Positions 27,931 to 42,213 of a DNA stretch of 64,000 nucleotides are shown one piece after another. The position numbers and the translations under genes were made by a program. This stretch comes from Lytechinus pictus. Lineage: Eukaryota. Position 1 is the stretch's first letter. Each line of letters begins with the position of its first letter. The DNA lies in the NCBI RefSeq assembly GCF_037042905.1, contig NC_087250.1, positions 1,612,001 to 1,676,000 of the forward strand, in the 5' to 3' direction. The notes beneath the pieces were generated by a model. The model saw only the letters and a list, made by a program, of their open reading frames with translations, was not told the DNA's origin and did not search any database.

Positions 27931-28399
27931 TCATCAACATAAAAATAATAATAATCATCATCGTCATCATCATCATAATCATCAATCATTATCATCATCA
28001 TCATCATCATCATAATCACCATTATCATCGTCATAATCATAAAAATCATCATAAACATAATCATCATCATAATCATCATCATCATAATCACTAACATCAT
28101 CACCATAATAATAATAATAATCGTCATCATCGTCATCATCATCATCATGATAGGTCCGTCATATTACGGCTGCAATTTTTCTCCTGGAGGTGGGTACGTA
28201 ATGTTTATTTGTTCACTTCTCTCGTCCAGCGCTCAAAATGATATAGATTTTGCTTCTTAAACTCACTCCCATGCGATTTTGTCCACAAAAAAAACTTGAC
28301 AACCAATAATTAGAACCCAATTTCAAAAAAACCTCTTGGCGATGACTCTACAAACCTGCTTCTGCTTCCCAGGGCGAACGGGATTTACTTATTACCGTT

Positions 28400-29600
28400 C
28401 ATAATGCAATAATACATGTTACCGTTTCAAGTCAGTATATCACTTATTTTCATCTCGCTCCTCGATCGCATCGATTGTTAAGTTCAATGACTATCCTGTT
28501 CATCGTTTCAAAAAGTGCTTATAGAATCCAAGCTTTTGGGTCAGAATATAATTTTGGTCGCCCTTCGCGCTCGCATCAATTGCTTAGATAGATTCCCATT
28601 CCATACCTGTTCACAAAAGCGCTTTAGAATTTTGAGGTTTTGGTCGGACTATCAATTATTCTAGGCTCGCGCTTTGCGCTCGCATAAAATGTTTAGTTCG
28701 ATGGCCATTCTGTTCATTATTACCAAAATAGCCTACAATGTCAAAGTTTTAGGTCAGAATATCAACATTTTTTCAGCTCAGGCTTCGCGCTTGCATCAAT
28801 TGTTTAGATAGATACACATTCCATTCATGTTCACAACAAGTTTTTTAGAATCTCAAAATTTTTCAGCTCTGGCGCTACACGCTCGCATAAAATGTGTAGA
28901 TACCCATTCTGTTCACGATTATCAATAGTGCTTAGAATGTCCAAATGTTAGGTCAGAATATCAACAATTTTCAGCTCGCGTTTAGTTTTTGCATAAAATG
29001 TTTAGTTAGATAGCCATTCTGTTCATGATTACCAAAAGTGCTTAGAATGTCCACACTTTAAGTCAGAATACCAAAAACATTTAGCTCGCGCCTTACGCTT
29101 GCATCAATTGTTTAGATAGATACCTTTCCTGTTCATGGTCCAAAAAGTGCTTTAGAATCTTGAGGTTCGGTTAGGCATATCAAAAATATTTATCTCGCGC
29201 TCGCATGAAATATTGAAACAGATAGCCTTATTGTTAATGGCAACAAAAGTGCTTAGAATGTCCAGTTTTGGCTTGGAATAACTGTTAACATTAATTTTCA
29301 GCTCGGGCTACGCGCTCGCATAAATTGTCTAGTTAGATACCCCTTCTGTTCATGATTACCAAAAGTGCTTACAATGTCTAGATTCTAGGTCAGAATATCA
29401 AAACTTTTCAGCTCGCGCTTCGCGCTCACATCATTTGTTTAGATAGATAGGCCTACCCATCCTGTTCATGGTCACAAAAGTGCTTTAATAGAAAGTCCAG
29501 ATTTGTTTTGGAATAACAAAAATGTTCAATTCGCTCTACGCGTTCGCATAAGATGTTTAGTTAAATACCTATCCTGCTTGATGACCAAAAGTGCTTAGGT
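28400..29600. repeat. Tandem ~115-bp degenerate subunits of the GCTCGCGCTTCGCGCTCGC repeat family
   Basis: Recurring aaaagtgcttagaatgtcca...tcagaatatcaa...ttttcagctcgcgc. Confidence 0.75.
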
Positions 29601-30340
29601 CAAATTGTTTTCAAATTTTTAGTTTGTACACGTTCGTAATGAATGAGAAGAGTAACATGCAATTTTGGGAGATTTAACACAACTAAATACAGGCTTTAGA
29701 GCGAAACTGATCAAACGCAATATGGGTGTTTAACTGTCAACATGTTCAAAACTATTTTTAAAACTCAAATTAGGTAGAGAAGGCAACCTTAATTTCACTT
29801 TCAACAGACCAACGCCCTTAGACTTGAAGTCAACCACTGCTATCAGTTCTGGGTTAGAATAAGTGACATTATAACACATTCCGGTAGCTACACAGTATCA
29901 TACAGTGTGATCACAATGTGTTCACATAGTGGACTACATGTATGTGAAAATATTATTCACACTGTTCAAATGCTAAATTCAACAGGTGAAGATTTTCACG
30001 CGGTGGACACCTCACAGGGACTGTACACAGCGTGTTCACATGTTCGACTATGTAGGATAGGATGACCTTTATAGTAGGGGAGGGAGGGAAAGAGAGAGGG
30101 GGGAGGGGGAGGGGGAGACGATGGGGGTAAACAGGAACTATTAGTACAATTGGTTGCAAGTTTTAAGTATATGGTTTGCAGAAATTGATTTTATAATTTC
30201 TGAACTGTTTTGTGTTACAGAGTATATCAATAACATAAACATGTTAAAGTAAGGGAAGTTTGCATTCTTCAATGTAATTGGTATGCAGGGACAGGCATTC
30301 GATACGTTTACCCTACTCTATAGTTATGCTCTCCATATAA

Positions 30341-30750
30341 AGAATTTAGTTGCAAAAGGGGTTAGGTCCACTTTGGACCATTTCGAGATAAACCATGTTT
30401 TTTATTCTCACTTATTGCAATATTCTTATGTGAAACTAACTTGTCATGATGCACTACCCTATCATGTGAACATAAAATTGGGTATAAAAGAAATCTACCT
30501 GTCTTCATATCTTTTAAGATATTCTTTTCCAAAAAAATAAGTGTGGACCTAACCCCTTTTGCAACCAAACTGAAATGTACCTAACCCCTTTTAAAAAGTG
30601 ATTTTTATTTACCATTTTAGTTCACTTTTTAATGGGAATTTCAACTTCTCTTTAGTATCATCTTAAAGAGTTACCAAACATCTATACATTGAGACATACA
30701 AATCAATTTTGATGAAAAATGGACCTAACCCCTTTTGCAAGTGAGCTCTT
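30341..30750. mobile_element. MITE with TIRs
   Basis: ttgcaaaaggggttaggtcca / tggacctaaccccttttgcaa; motif repeated internally at 30544 and 30579. Confidence 0.7.
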
Positions 30751-31400
30751 TATATGCCCCAACTCTCTCCCTCTCTTTCACCAACTCTCTTTTTCTATCC
30801 TGTTCTTTCTTACATATGTCACTTTCTCTGATCATCATGGCAGTTGAATTATAATCAGACCACGTAGAGGTGCTGTGGACAAGTGGATAAAAGTCTCCAG
30901 AATACTAACCACGATTTCAGGGTTCGAATCTTACCAACAGCTTTATGAAACGAACCCCAGATCAACGAAGAATGGTGGGCCATTTCTTACTGAGATTTAA
31001 AACTGTATCATGGTAATAACTAGCCAAGGTGACAACGATCAGCAGCCAATTGCGATCAAAGTTTCTATGGTATAGTTTCAAAAATGGTGAAGTTATATCA
31101 TAATGGGTCGTCTTTTATATGAAATGGGCTGATTAATAATTCACTTTTATTCCTTATAAAATCACCGGTTGAACCATATCAAATTACGAATCATCCGCAG
31201 AAGTGGAATAACGCTGTCATAGCATAGGAACCAGTTTTATAAAAGGTTTCGTCAGTTAAGCACACACATACATTATCTCTCCATTCTTGTAACATTCTCC
31301 CATCCCCCCTCCTTGCATCTGTGTCCTCCATCTACATCTATCTCTCTTGTGGACTCTATCCATCTTTCCTCACACACACTCACCTCATCTCTCCACTTTA

Positions 31401-32369
31401 CAGGGCGCATAAATAAAAAGTTAACACTTTGAAAAAGCCCTTGGAATTAAGAAAATACACAATATGTAATATTTTTTTCACATATTATCTTGGGCTTGGG
31501 TCTTATCTATCCAATGAAAGAAAAACTTTCGTCAGAATGTTACACTTGAGTGAGCACTGTCCATTTTTTGTAAAGCTCGCATAAATCTGTTTGCGCAGAA
31601 ATGCTCGTTTTCACATGTGTCAAGGGGAAAGGGTGAAATCAAACTTACCCTGCGAAACATTTCTCATACATTTCCCTTGAACTTTTAGTCAATTGAAATA
31701 AAACAGATACATTCAAGCATTTGTAACAATTTTGCCACCCAAATTGAAATTTCAACACTTAGGAAGCACAACCTTTACCCTTTTTGTGCCAGCTGGATCT
31801 GAATCTGAACAAAAGTTTATATCAGACATCTCCAGCATTTTTCACGAAGTTTTTATCATTTAATATGGGTTTAGATTCCTTTTCATTTAATACCTGTTTC
31901 TCCACACTTTTCCCGAGCTTAAAAATGATTAACCAAAAAAAAAAAATTCAAGCCTACGCCATTTCATGTAAATCACAGCTCAGTGTAAAGCAAATATCGT
32001 CACGTTGGCCTCGGTGTGAGGGGGAGTGGGGTGGGGGCAATGCACTTTTGAAGTGTTTTGGGCAAGGAAACAAGTTAAACAAGGCAAGAGATATCTTCAA
32101 ATGATTTTTACTTTCTAAATACCACACGTTCTCCCCGATTAAGGTCTACTTTTATTTTCAAAGTTTCAAAGTTCTGCGCAAATCATTTTCACTTACTTTT
32201 CAAAAGTAAGTAGTGCTCACCCAAGAGGACATATTTTTCAACAATTATACCGTCATTTGCTTAAATGGATTTTTACCAATGTTAAAATGTGGAAAAATCT
32301 TCAGTATATTACAAATGTATAATTTTACATGATTGTTTTCCAAGTGTAACATTTTTTTGATACTCACTG
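31401..32369. mobile_element. Tc1/mariner-like non-autonomous element (left half deleted in unit 1, 11890-12455)
   Basis: TA|cagggcgcataaataaaaagttaacactttgaaaa ... ttttccaagtgtaacatttttttgatactcactg. Confidence 0.65.
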
Positions 32370-32915
32370 CATTAACATTCTCCCCTCCCCCTCCTTGTAT
32401 CTCTGTCCTCCATCTACATCTATCTCTCTTGTGGACTCCATCCATCTTTCCTCTCTCACACACACACCCTCGCATCCCCCCACTCACTCACTCACACATC
32501 TCCTCTCTCCACTCTTATAACATTCTCCCCTTCCCCTCCTTGCATCTGTGTCCTCCATCTACATCTATCTCTCTTGTGGACTAGATCCATCTTTTTCTCA
32601 CACACCCACTCTCTCTCTGTACTGTTGTAACATTCTCCCATTCCCTCTTCCTCGCATCTCTGTCCTTCATCTATATCTGTCACTCTTGTGGACTTCCTCT
32701 TCAACACACGCATAAACACACACTCACACAAACACTGTGTATCTCTCAAATCAATCATCTTCCTCTTCTTCATTCCCTCTCTCTCTCTCTTTCCCTCTGT
32801 ATAAAATGTGATATGAATGACCATAGAGCTATCCATGGAATGACCATAAAACAGTGCACTCAATCCGCTCGCTCAGCTCACCACTCTCATTAATAGCCAA
32901 TAATAGTGTCTTCAG

Positions 32916-33429
32916 CAGTGTTGCCATTTGGGGATCTCCATCCCCAAATTTTGAAAAAAATTGGGATTTTGAGAAGCCTTTGGGGATGGAAAAAATTATT
33001 TGGGGATTAAAATAAATTTGGGGATTTTTCATGCAGTTTAGGGGATTTTTGAAGGTTTTGATGAAAAGTACCAAGATTCGTTATTTTTCAGTAATATGAT
33101 GCTAAAATACAGAGAGATTATCTCTCCTATGCTAAAATACGATCTATAGCTACATGTAGATCGTCAGCAATTCAACCGATGAATCCATTGGTTGTAAGAT
33201 AAATGGTGGGGTTGCCAATCTACTTTGCATCAAAACCTTAAAAAAAATTAAAAATTAAATAAAAATCTGCTGTGTATATGGTGTGAACAAATGAACACAT
33301 ATTAACTAATTTTAGGCAATAACCATGATAAATGTCCTCACTTTTTCAGAATTTTTTGTGATTTTAAAAATTTGGGGATTTTTCGAGTGCCTTTTGGGGA
33401 TTTTCTTCAGCTCGGACCTGGCAACACTG
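32916..33429. mobile_element. 514-bp hAT-type MITE, perfect 11-bp TIR, 8-bp TSD
   Basis: CAGTGTTGCCA/TGGCAACACTG; TSD gtcttcag at 32908-32915 and 33430-33437; empty site in unit 1 (~12849); subterminal ttggggat repeats. Confidence 0.95.
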
Positions 33430-35249
33430 GTCTTCAGTCACATCACATTGCAGTAAATGTTGCTCGTAAAATTGATTGCTTTCATGTACATACACCAAAT
33501 ATCACATATACCTCAGACACAAAGCTGTGAAGCCGTGTGAAGCCGACTCTATTATTTACAAATATTCACAAGTTTACAGATATCATGGAACAAAGCAAAC
33601 GAGAATTAATGTGCGTCTGCATTCAGCCATAAAGAAGTGATTTAACAACCGAGTCCAATGTACAACATCTACGATCAGTGGCCCCGTAACACACACATTT
33701 ACGATCAATTGCTCATTGTAAATATTGATTCGGATCGGTTCATTCTAATTATTCTGAACAATTATGTACATTCAACCATGATCTTGATTTGCCATTGCCA
33801 CTTACGATTGATCGCATATTTTTGTGTGGAATGGTGACCGAATTGGATTTCCCAATACGTTTCTCTTGCTCAAAGACTGTGAACAATTGCTCTCAATTAT
33901 TGTTCGAAATCAGCTTGCTCAAAATACACATTGACAAAAAAGGCAAAACTACTGTCATTTAAAGCCACCATTCCCAAAGGCTATAAATTAAGCTCAAACG
34001 AATCAAAGTGAGATAGAAAATAAAAGAAGTTATTCAAGTTGAAATTCTTTTGACGCCATGTAGGTTCTCTGAAAGGCTAGAAACAAACGAGAAATATATC
34101 ATTAAATGTTGGGCGGAAATACATTGAATAAAACAATTTCTCCTAGTTTGTGTCTTAAATGGCCAGCGACTCACAAACCTGCCTCATAAATAAACTGAAA
34201 TGAATTTTCTAATTTACGATTCATAACGATTAAATATACAGTGGTGCTTAAAAGTAAGTGAATCTCACCAGAAATGCACTGATGCACGTCATGTGGATTG
34301 TTAACCAAACTATACTGAACATTATATTTTGTCACCTGACTGCACAATAAAATATTTTAAAAGATGGCAGAATTTGAACAATTTCAAATATATGTTCATT
34401 TTCTGGTGGGTTCACAATTTTTTTTAGCACTGCTGTACTTCATTTTATTTATTTAAATCATACGTTGGACATACCATTAACACATTATATAATAATTTTA
34501 TATATTTTAACCAAAATTATATTGATAATTCTTTCTCATAGTTGATAAGGAGATACGATATGATGATTTTAAAACAATTTTTTAAACAAGTTTTTTACCA
34601 AGTGATCTCTGCACTATGCTGAAGATGAAAGAGTGTCAAAGTTGCAAAGTTATTATTGAATGAACTGTTTTCAATTAAACTCACTGTAAAAAAACAAGCA
34701 TTATGATTTCTACCAAATTGAAAGAGTATGAGGTTATGTAACATGGTTTTCATCATATCATATCATTGGATACGTACAAACTAAAACCATTGGAGAAGAA
34801 TAATAATCTCTCCGACAAAAAATAGCATTAATATTATTAACAGAATTAAGAATAAATTAATTCAAAATTTCTACGCGCATATTGTTCTTTACCGTTCACC
34901 TATTTTTTTTAAACAAGTGCACACCTAGTTACCAATAATGCACAAAGCATTTCCATCTATTTGAAAGCAGGATAAAAGAGAATTTTAGATTGAATGCCTT
35001 GCTCACGGGTATAGGTACCGCGGCCTGGGATTGAACCCCGGACTTTCAATGTATAGCCAGGCGCCTTAGACCACTCGGCCACGACAAGTTTATAAAATAC
35101 AATCGATAACAACATTATTTGTACAGTTATCTTTTATCTTTAAATAACAGATTAAAATTATTATACTAGTCACTGTATTCTTTGCCGTCACCATTATTAT
35201 CAATATTATCTCCATCGTCATCATCATCATTTTCATCGTCATCATCACG

Positions 35250-35294
<45 letters not shown>

Positions 35295-37528
35295 TTCATC
35301 ATCACCATCATCATCATCATCACCATCACCATCGTCATCTTCATCANNNNNNNNNNNNNNNNNNNNNNNNNNNNNNNNNNNNNNNNNNNNNNNNNNNNNN
35401 NNNNNNNNNNNNNNNNNNNNNNNNNNNNNNNNNNNNNNNNNNNNNNNNNNNNNNNNNNNNNNNNNNNNNNNNNNNNNNNNNNNNNNNNCAGTATGTCTCA
35501 TGTATAAGAGAAATACACATAATTTCCCAAATATATGTTTATATTGTGCATAAAAGATTGAACCAATTTGCGGTTTGATTTTGCTATGGAACCATCAACA
35601 TCAATCAAAGACGAATTCTTATTACATAATGATAGTTTCATAACTATAAAAAAAAAACCTGAACTATTTACAGTATTACATTTCAAAACAAATATTTCTT
35701 ACGCAAGGCTTACAATTCTTTATGTAAATAAGGCCAAGATGAATAAACATTTATTTTACATGGTTCTGATATTGATCATTATTGTTAATGGTCTGATTGA
35801 AAACAGATATTCAAAAGCAAATTGTTATTTTAAAATTCACCGTTTTCAGTTATACTGTACATAGTGGGTCTGCCTTTCATAAAGGTTGTTTAAAAAATGG
35901 CTGAATATATTTCGTGTAAATACAATGATTTTATCATAACTTTATCAAGTGTTAGTTCACTGGTTTCTCAGTATATGAATTATGTCAAAATATATAATTT
36001 TTTTCTCGAATAAACATTCTATTGAAAAACCATGCACAACTTTTAACCCTCTCAGTAACGGTTTTAGCAAACTCAATTGACCTACTGCACATAGACATGA
36101 CTATACAGTATATTAAGGGATCGATGTATATTGTTGAAACAGATTCTACTCATCATCTTCTCCCTCCTTTCTTTCTGTCCAATCATCTTACATTTATCTT
36201 CCTATTAGCCCCCGTGCGCGCTCTCTCTCTCTCTCCATGCCAGTCAACCATGCAACATAACATAAGCATGTGAAATATCCATGTGTCCCCCTTTAATAAG
36301 TATTGTGCATATTTATGTTCCATATCTGTATTTGCAATTAGCAGTCGACTTGGCGCGCCAAGTTCCCTTAATCTTATACGTTATTTATTTTATATACACC
36401 GTTGAATTCATGAAACCTTGTATTATATTTCTTAGTTTATTTTATAAAAGAATGATGCTAAAAGGAAAATATATTTAAGGAAAACGCTCTCGGCCAGTAT
36501 TTGGGCTAAAAGTGAATATTTTTTACACGACGGGGTCCCTTATGTTTGCACTTAAAAGGCCAAAATTAATAAATCTACATTGAATCGTATTCCAATCAGT
36601 CTTGTTAGTGTTTTGCTCTTAGTTTGTTCGCTGATAGAAACCTAATTGCTATTAGGATGGCAAGTGAAACAAATGAGATTGAAACAGAAATGTGACACCA
36701 ATGTTTAAATTAGAAGTCTGACAGGCTCATGGCACATTTTTATGGAAGTAATTTAAACCTTGTCCATAAAAAGAATGCATATTTCATTCGCTAAGTGAGG
36801 ATTACCAGTCCAATTGAGAGAAAATGATTCCAATCTGTATTGATTTATATCTATTTGTTCAATTTTACGATAAATCTATGGATTCTTGTACATTCTTGAA
36901 TTAAGTTGTTCAGCCACTGCACTCAGTAGAATCTGATCAATGTCTGCACCTTCAAATCGGAAGTGTGTTTGGTTATCTATCTTTCAAATACCAGAAAATA
37001 TGGAAATATAAAATATGGCATTATGCCACTATGACTTTATTTATTTTGATTTCTTTTTATTTCTGCATTCACAACGGTATCAGAATGTCAAAATATACAA
37101 AGGTATTATATAACAAAACTGTAGTATTAGTCGTAATATAAGTTGTGAAAATAAGTATTACAAGATGTATTATACATTTTGCAAAGCAATACTTTCTAAA
37201 GGAAATCCATCGTGGCGTGTAGGCTTGATGATGATGATGACGGCTCGTCATATTTTATGCAATATGACCTCGCCAATAATATTTTCAACCAATGATATAG
37301 ATACATATTTCCATATGCCTGATACATGTTCTTGGATACGGGAGTTTTGGGGTTTATTTATGTTTTTTAAAGCAATGCCTATTGTTAACCGTGATGTGTA
37401 AAATGGATCAGAGTTATTAGGTCTTATTAGGCCTCACTGCTACAGATATTTAAATTATCCAAAGATGGTATTGTTCTGGTCAGTGTGTCTCATATTCATC
37501 ATAGTGAATGATCCCGACATATCATCGT

Positions 37529-38107
37529 CTAGAATGTGAGTCGCTTTTCGAAGACAAGAATACTGTCTCCATCAAAAGCAATTATCTTGCCTGATGATGA
37601 GATCATTACACGAGATAATGAAAGGTGATATCGCCTAAGCTTTACAGTCCATTGATCAGTCAGTCTAGTTGATAGAGGGAATGACGTCACTCTTCTCTTC
37701 TTCACTTCATTCCCACTCATCACCTGATCAATCACACACGTCTTGCGCTCATCATCTGATGTCACAACGTACAGGTCGTCTGTTATAGGATCAACACAGA
37801 CATTCAAGATGACATCACTGTGGGGGATTTCCCTTTGACCACCCTGTCTGTCTATGATTAGTACTCTCTTACCAAGCGGGTAAGGTTGAGCGATGATGTG
37901 ACCTGATGATAGCACACCTCGCATCAGTACTTTCTGTTTACATTTGATGGTATTCACGATCTTACTATCAGCTGGGTTGATGACGTATATCTTAGACTGA
38001 TTCCACTCAGCAGCGATGATCATCCCATCACGGTCAACAGCTACATCCACCTTTGAGGTATCGCGCGTTGTGTTTCTTGGTATTGTGACGTCATTGATGC
38101 GCATCCA
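37529..38107 (-). pseudogene. TRIM-like gene copy 2, only the C-terminal ~192 codons of the beta-propeller remain
   Basis: WMRINDVTIPRN...VFEKRLTF open frame, closely similar to copies 1 and 3; N-terminal part not found elsewhere in window. Confidence 0.88.
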
Positions 38108-38477
38108 CTGTAAATACATAATGCATTCTAATCAATCATTCTATTCTATACAATGTTTTTGAAATATAGTCATAGATTAAAGTTTCAACATAATTCTCTA
38201 CTGCATGTCTATTACAGAGAACAAAAAGGTGACCTACTTCAGTAAAGCCATTCGAATCAATTTTTTGTTTAATGCTATATACACTCTTATTTAATTCTAA
38301 GTTTAATTCCCAAGGCAAGAATATATTCTTAGATTGCAAATAAAAAATATAAAAAATAATAGAATAAAATAAGATGAATAAAACAAATTAAAGACCCCAC
38401 AAGCTCTGTATACATAGAATTCAGTGTACACTTCTCTACTTCTCTACTCCGAGATTGAGAGGGTATTTAGAGTGGAT

Positions 38478-41400
38478 CTAACTGAACTTATTGTAATTTG
38501 AGGGGCTACTTAATATCCACTGATTTTTTACACATTGTATATTGAGTTTGAGGTCATCGTTGTAGCCCCTCAAATCTCTTGAAATGTTGTTGAGTTGGCA
38601 GTGGACCGACTCTCCCCCTTGTTCACCCATCATCCCAAGGCTTGCTCTCCAGTCTCTGAACCAGGGGATGACATGATACTGCAATAGATGCTGTTTGGGG
38701 GTCACGCTCTCTGTGGGGAAGTTCTGACGGTAGAACAACATATACTCTTTGATGTCTTTGTCTGTCAGTAAATAAACGATACAAAAAAAAAAAATAGAGA
38801 TCTATAAATGTTATTTTCTAGTAATATTTTTGCTTCTTCAGTGTCAATTGATATTTTCTTGCTCTGTCACTCTTTATTTATTTGATATGAAAATTACTTG
38901 CATTTCATTTTTTTTTTGCAGCTGACCTTTATGATCATGATCTCTTAGACTCTTACCCAGCTTGTCGATGACTGAGTCGTCCAGGAAAGTACCCGTGTTT
39001 ATACCCCGGTGGCATGCCCCGAACAGCTTTAGCAAAGTATTATACTTGCTGGCTATCTCTTCTGCCTTCTGGATGAGGTCCCGGTCGTTGGGGCAGAGTG
39101 ACTGTACCTTCTTTGATATAGCAGCAGTGATCAGATCAGTGTTCTCAGGCTGTTGGAACAAGGTACACGAGGATAGGTTCAAAGTAAAAGGATAGTGACA
39201 TTTACTATTAGAATAAAGTGGACATTAGGCAAGAAGCAAACATCTAGAATTTATATTTTCTTGTATTATTCAAAAGAAAGACAATGTGAATTACTATAAT
39301 TTGTGTAAATATAGTAGTATATTTCAGGAATGTTCTTACTTTTCATGATATACTCTACTCACCTGTAAACATTTATGTACATGGTTCCCTACAAATGAAC
39401 GACCATGGTACGCCTGTCTGCTCACTCTCAACTGCTGTAGTGCTTCTTCTAGACCAACATTAGTTGGTCCAGAGTGAACTGTCATTTCTGGTATTTTGCC
39501 TATTTCCTTCTCCTACAAATAAAAAAGAGATTTTATATGTTAAATTTTATATTAATTTTAGTTAAAGATGCATTTGGTACATCTATACATGATTTAAGAT
39601 TAAAACGTATGCAACTCGTATTTACAATACTGCCAGTGTGACATCCAAGATACTAACCAGTGTAACTTTCTCTCTCTTCTTCTCTTCAGCCATTTCCAGG
39701 ATGAGGGTGGGCGGTTCAGCTTCAGGGTAAAGAAGTCCAACCATTATGTGCTGGTCCATGAGGTCGTGGAGTTCTTCCTCAGCAAGCTTCAGTCTTGACT
39801 GGAGACTCAGCTTCTTCAGCTGCTGTTTGAAGGCCTCTTTTGCTTCCAGTTGGTCTGTAGGACTTTTTGCCAAGGACTGGCCAATCTCCAGGTCCAGAGT
39901 GTGACATGCTTGGCAGAGCGAGTTGAAGTGCTTCAAGAAGACCCCGAGGGAGATATGGAGCCCAGGAGGACAGACCTGATAAATAAGAGAAAAGGGCTTA
40001 TAATATCAGAGGTATTAATAACAATTTTCATTGTCATCATTGCAGATGAAATTAAGATTTCACTTTTGAATGTTCTGAATGTTTGTCTTCCTGAGGGGTT
40101 TAAAGTAGCTATAACCCGATAAGCATAAAGGTCTGTGGTAAGATACAGATCCGATTACACACCCACCCCACCCCTGGTGAGAGTTATATTCTGGCTACTG
40201 ATTAAGCATTTGGCTATTGAAATCATTTTTTTCTTAAATATCTTACCCTATTTATTGGAATGTCAAAGAATGGGGATCTGATGACGTTATTAGATTCCTT
40301 TGGGATGCCACAGGTTTTGAAGTGGTTCAGGGATTCCTTGAGGGTCTGCAGGCTTCGCTGACGGGGGACAGCCATTGGTGGGTCAGCCATTTCCTTCTTG
40401 GTCATCTCACAGTAGAGACAGCAATGACGGCCTGGTGAAGAAAAAAAAAATGGGGATACAAGTCAAGAGAATTTTTTTTTTTTTTTTTAATTACCTCTAT
40501 TCAATCAAAATAATATATATGTATATATAATGTTTATGAAAGTAAGGCTTACCATTGGGGCCAGTGAGTCCATACATGCGGGTCAGATATTCATAGTCGC
40601 CGAAGGCAAAGACTTTCATGGTTTTCCCTCTGTATAAAGACAAAATATGAGATAGACACAATAAAATTCACATACCAAATAACTACATTCACATTAGAAA
40701 TCTTACTCATTGAAATTTTATAGGTTCTGGTTATCTTTTTGATTTTTATGGATATTAATATTTTATTCAACAGAAGAAGAAAACACACCGCCATGACATT
40801 GACTCCAAATCAGCAATTTGGCATCTAATGGTCTCCAGAGAGACATCGAGGTTGTAAGTGGAGTCAGATCCAGGGAACAACATGATCACCCGGGTGTTGT
40901 GGAGGCTATTGGGTCGCTTCACATTGGCCAATTGCACCATTAGCTTGAAAGTTCCTCCCCCTTTGTCGCCTCCCACTTTCAACCAAATTTCTCCTTCGGG
41001 GATGTGGTCGTCATGCCAGGTGAGCTCTCCAAGTCTGTAGATATGTAGAAATAGGATATTATTGCATTATTCAAAGGGCTATTTAATTTGATTTAAATGG
41101 GTTTAATTAATAAAATTATATTACCAGAATAAAATCATAATGCTTCTGAGGATAAGGAATAGATATCAATATCAGAAACACTATGGCCCAAATTCACAAA
41201 GGAGGTTTAAAACTCTCTTGTGAATTCATCCCTATCATTTTTTTTGTAATTGGTGCATTCAGTAATCATTTTTAATGATATTTAAAATATCTTTCTTCTT
41301 TTGTTATGTTAATGATTTGCTTTAATGGTTTTGTTTACATTATCACAGGTAGAACTCACCGATCATATTCCTCTAGTAAGTCCTTGACAAGGGCACTGAG

Positions 41401-42159
41401 GCTTCTTACTGTTACTACCGGGGTCTCCTTAATTTCCATGCCAGTCTCACTTGAGCCTTGTTGGAGAGGCAACAGTTCCCCGGTAATGTTGTTTTTTACC
41501 ACATCATCTTGGAGTCTCCTCACTTCCCTCTCATTTCCTGTAGAAATTCTCCGTTCTTTTAGCCAGATGTTAAGAAATATATTTAGGTATTGTATTTTTA
41601 TTGTATTAATGACTTAATCTAGTATGAGGTGTAATTCCTGGTGGGGTGGGGGGGGGGGGGGAATACTCATCTTATAAGGTATATGGGGATATGTGCCACT
41701 CTAATGGGTCACTTTTTTAAAAGAAATCCCAAAGCATGGGGTAATGTTTTGTGCCAGAAAACCTCCAAAACATGGGTAACTTTATTGTTAAGAATGATAT
41801 TCTCGCCCGTATATATTCTCGTCGTTTGAGAATATCATTCGAGATGCAAAAGTGGTCTTTACAAAAAAATGAAATCCCTTTTAATTGGTACCCTGTAAAG
41901 GTGCTGTGGATAAGTCAAGGGAATGTGAACCACGAGATCTGGGGTTCAAATCCCACCACAGTACCAATGTCCTTTAGCAAGATATTAATCTACATTTGCC
42001 ACACTCGACCCAGGTGTTGTAAGTGGGTACCTGGTAGGATTCATTCCTTGAATGCACTGAGATCTGTATAAAGGCTCCAGGGGCTAAAGCCGGGGTAAGA
42101 ACATCCAAAGTACTTTAAAAGTCCATAGAGACGTATCATGTGATGCAAATGTTGAGCAG

Positions 42160-42213
<54 letters not shown>

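Larger units (their letters stand above)
30938..38107. repeat. Segmental duplication unit 2 (truncated at 38107)
   Basis: Near-identical to 11398-17762; homology stops abruptly at gatgcgcatcca. Confidence 0.92.
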
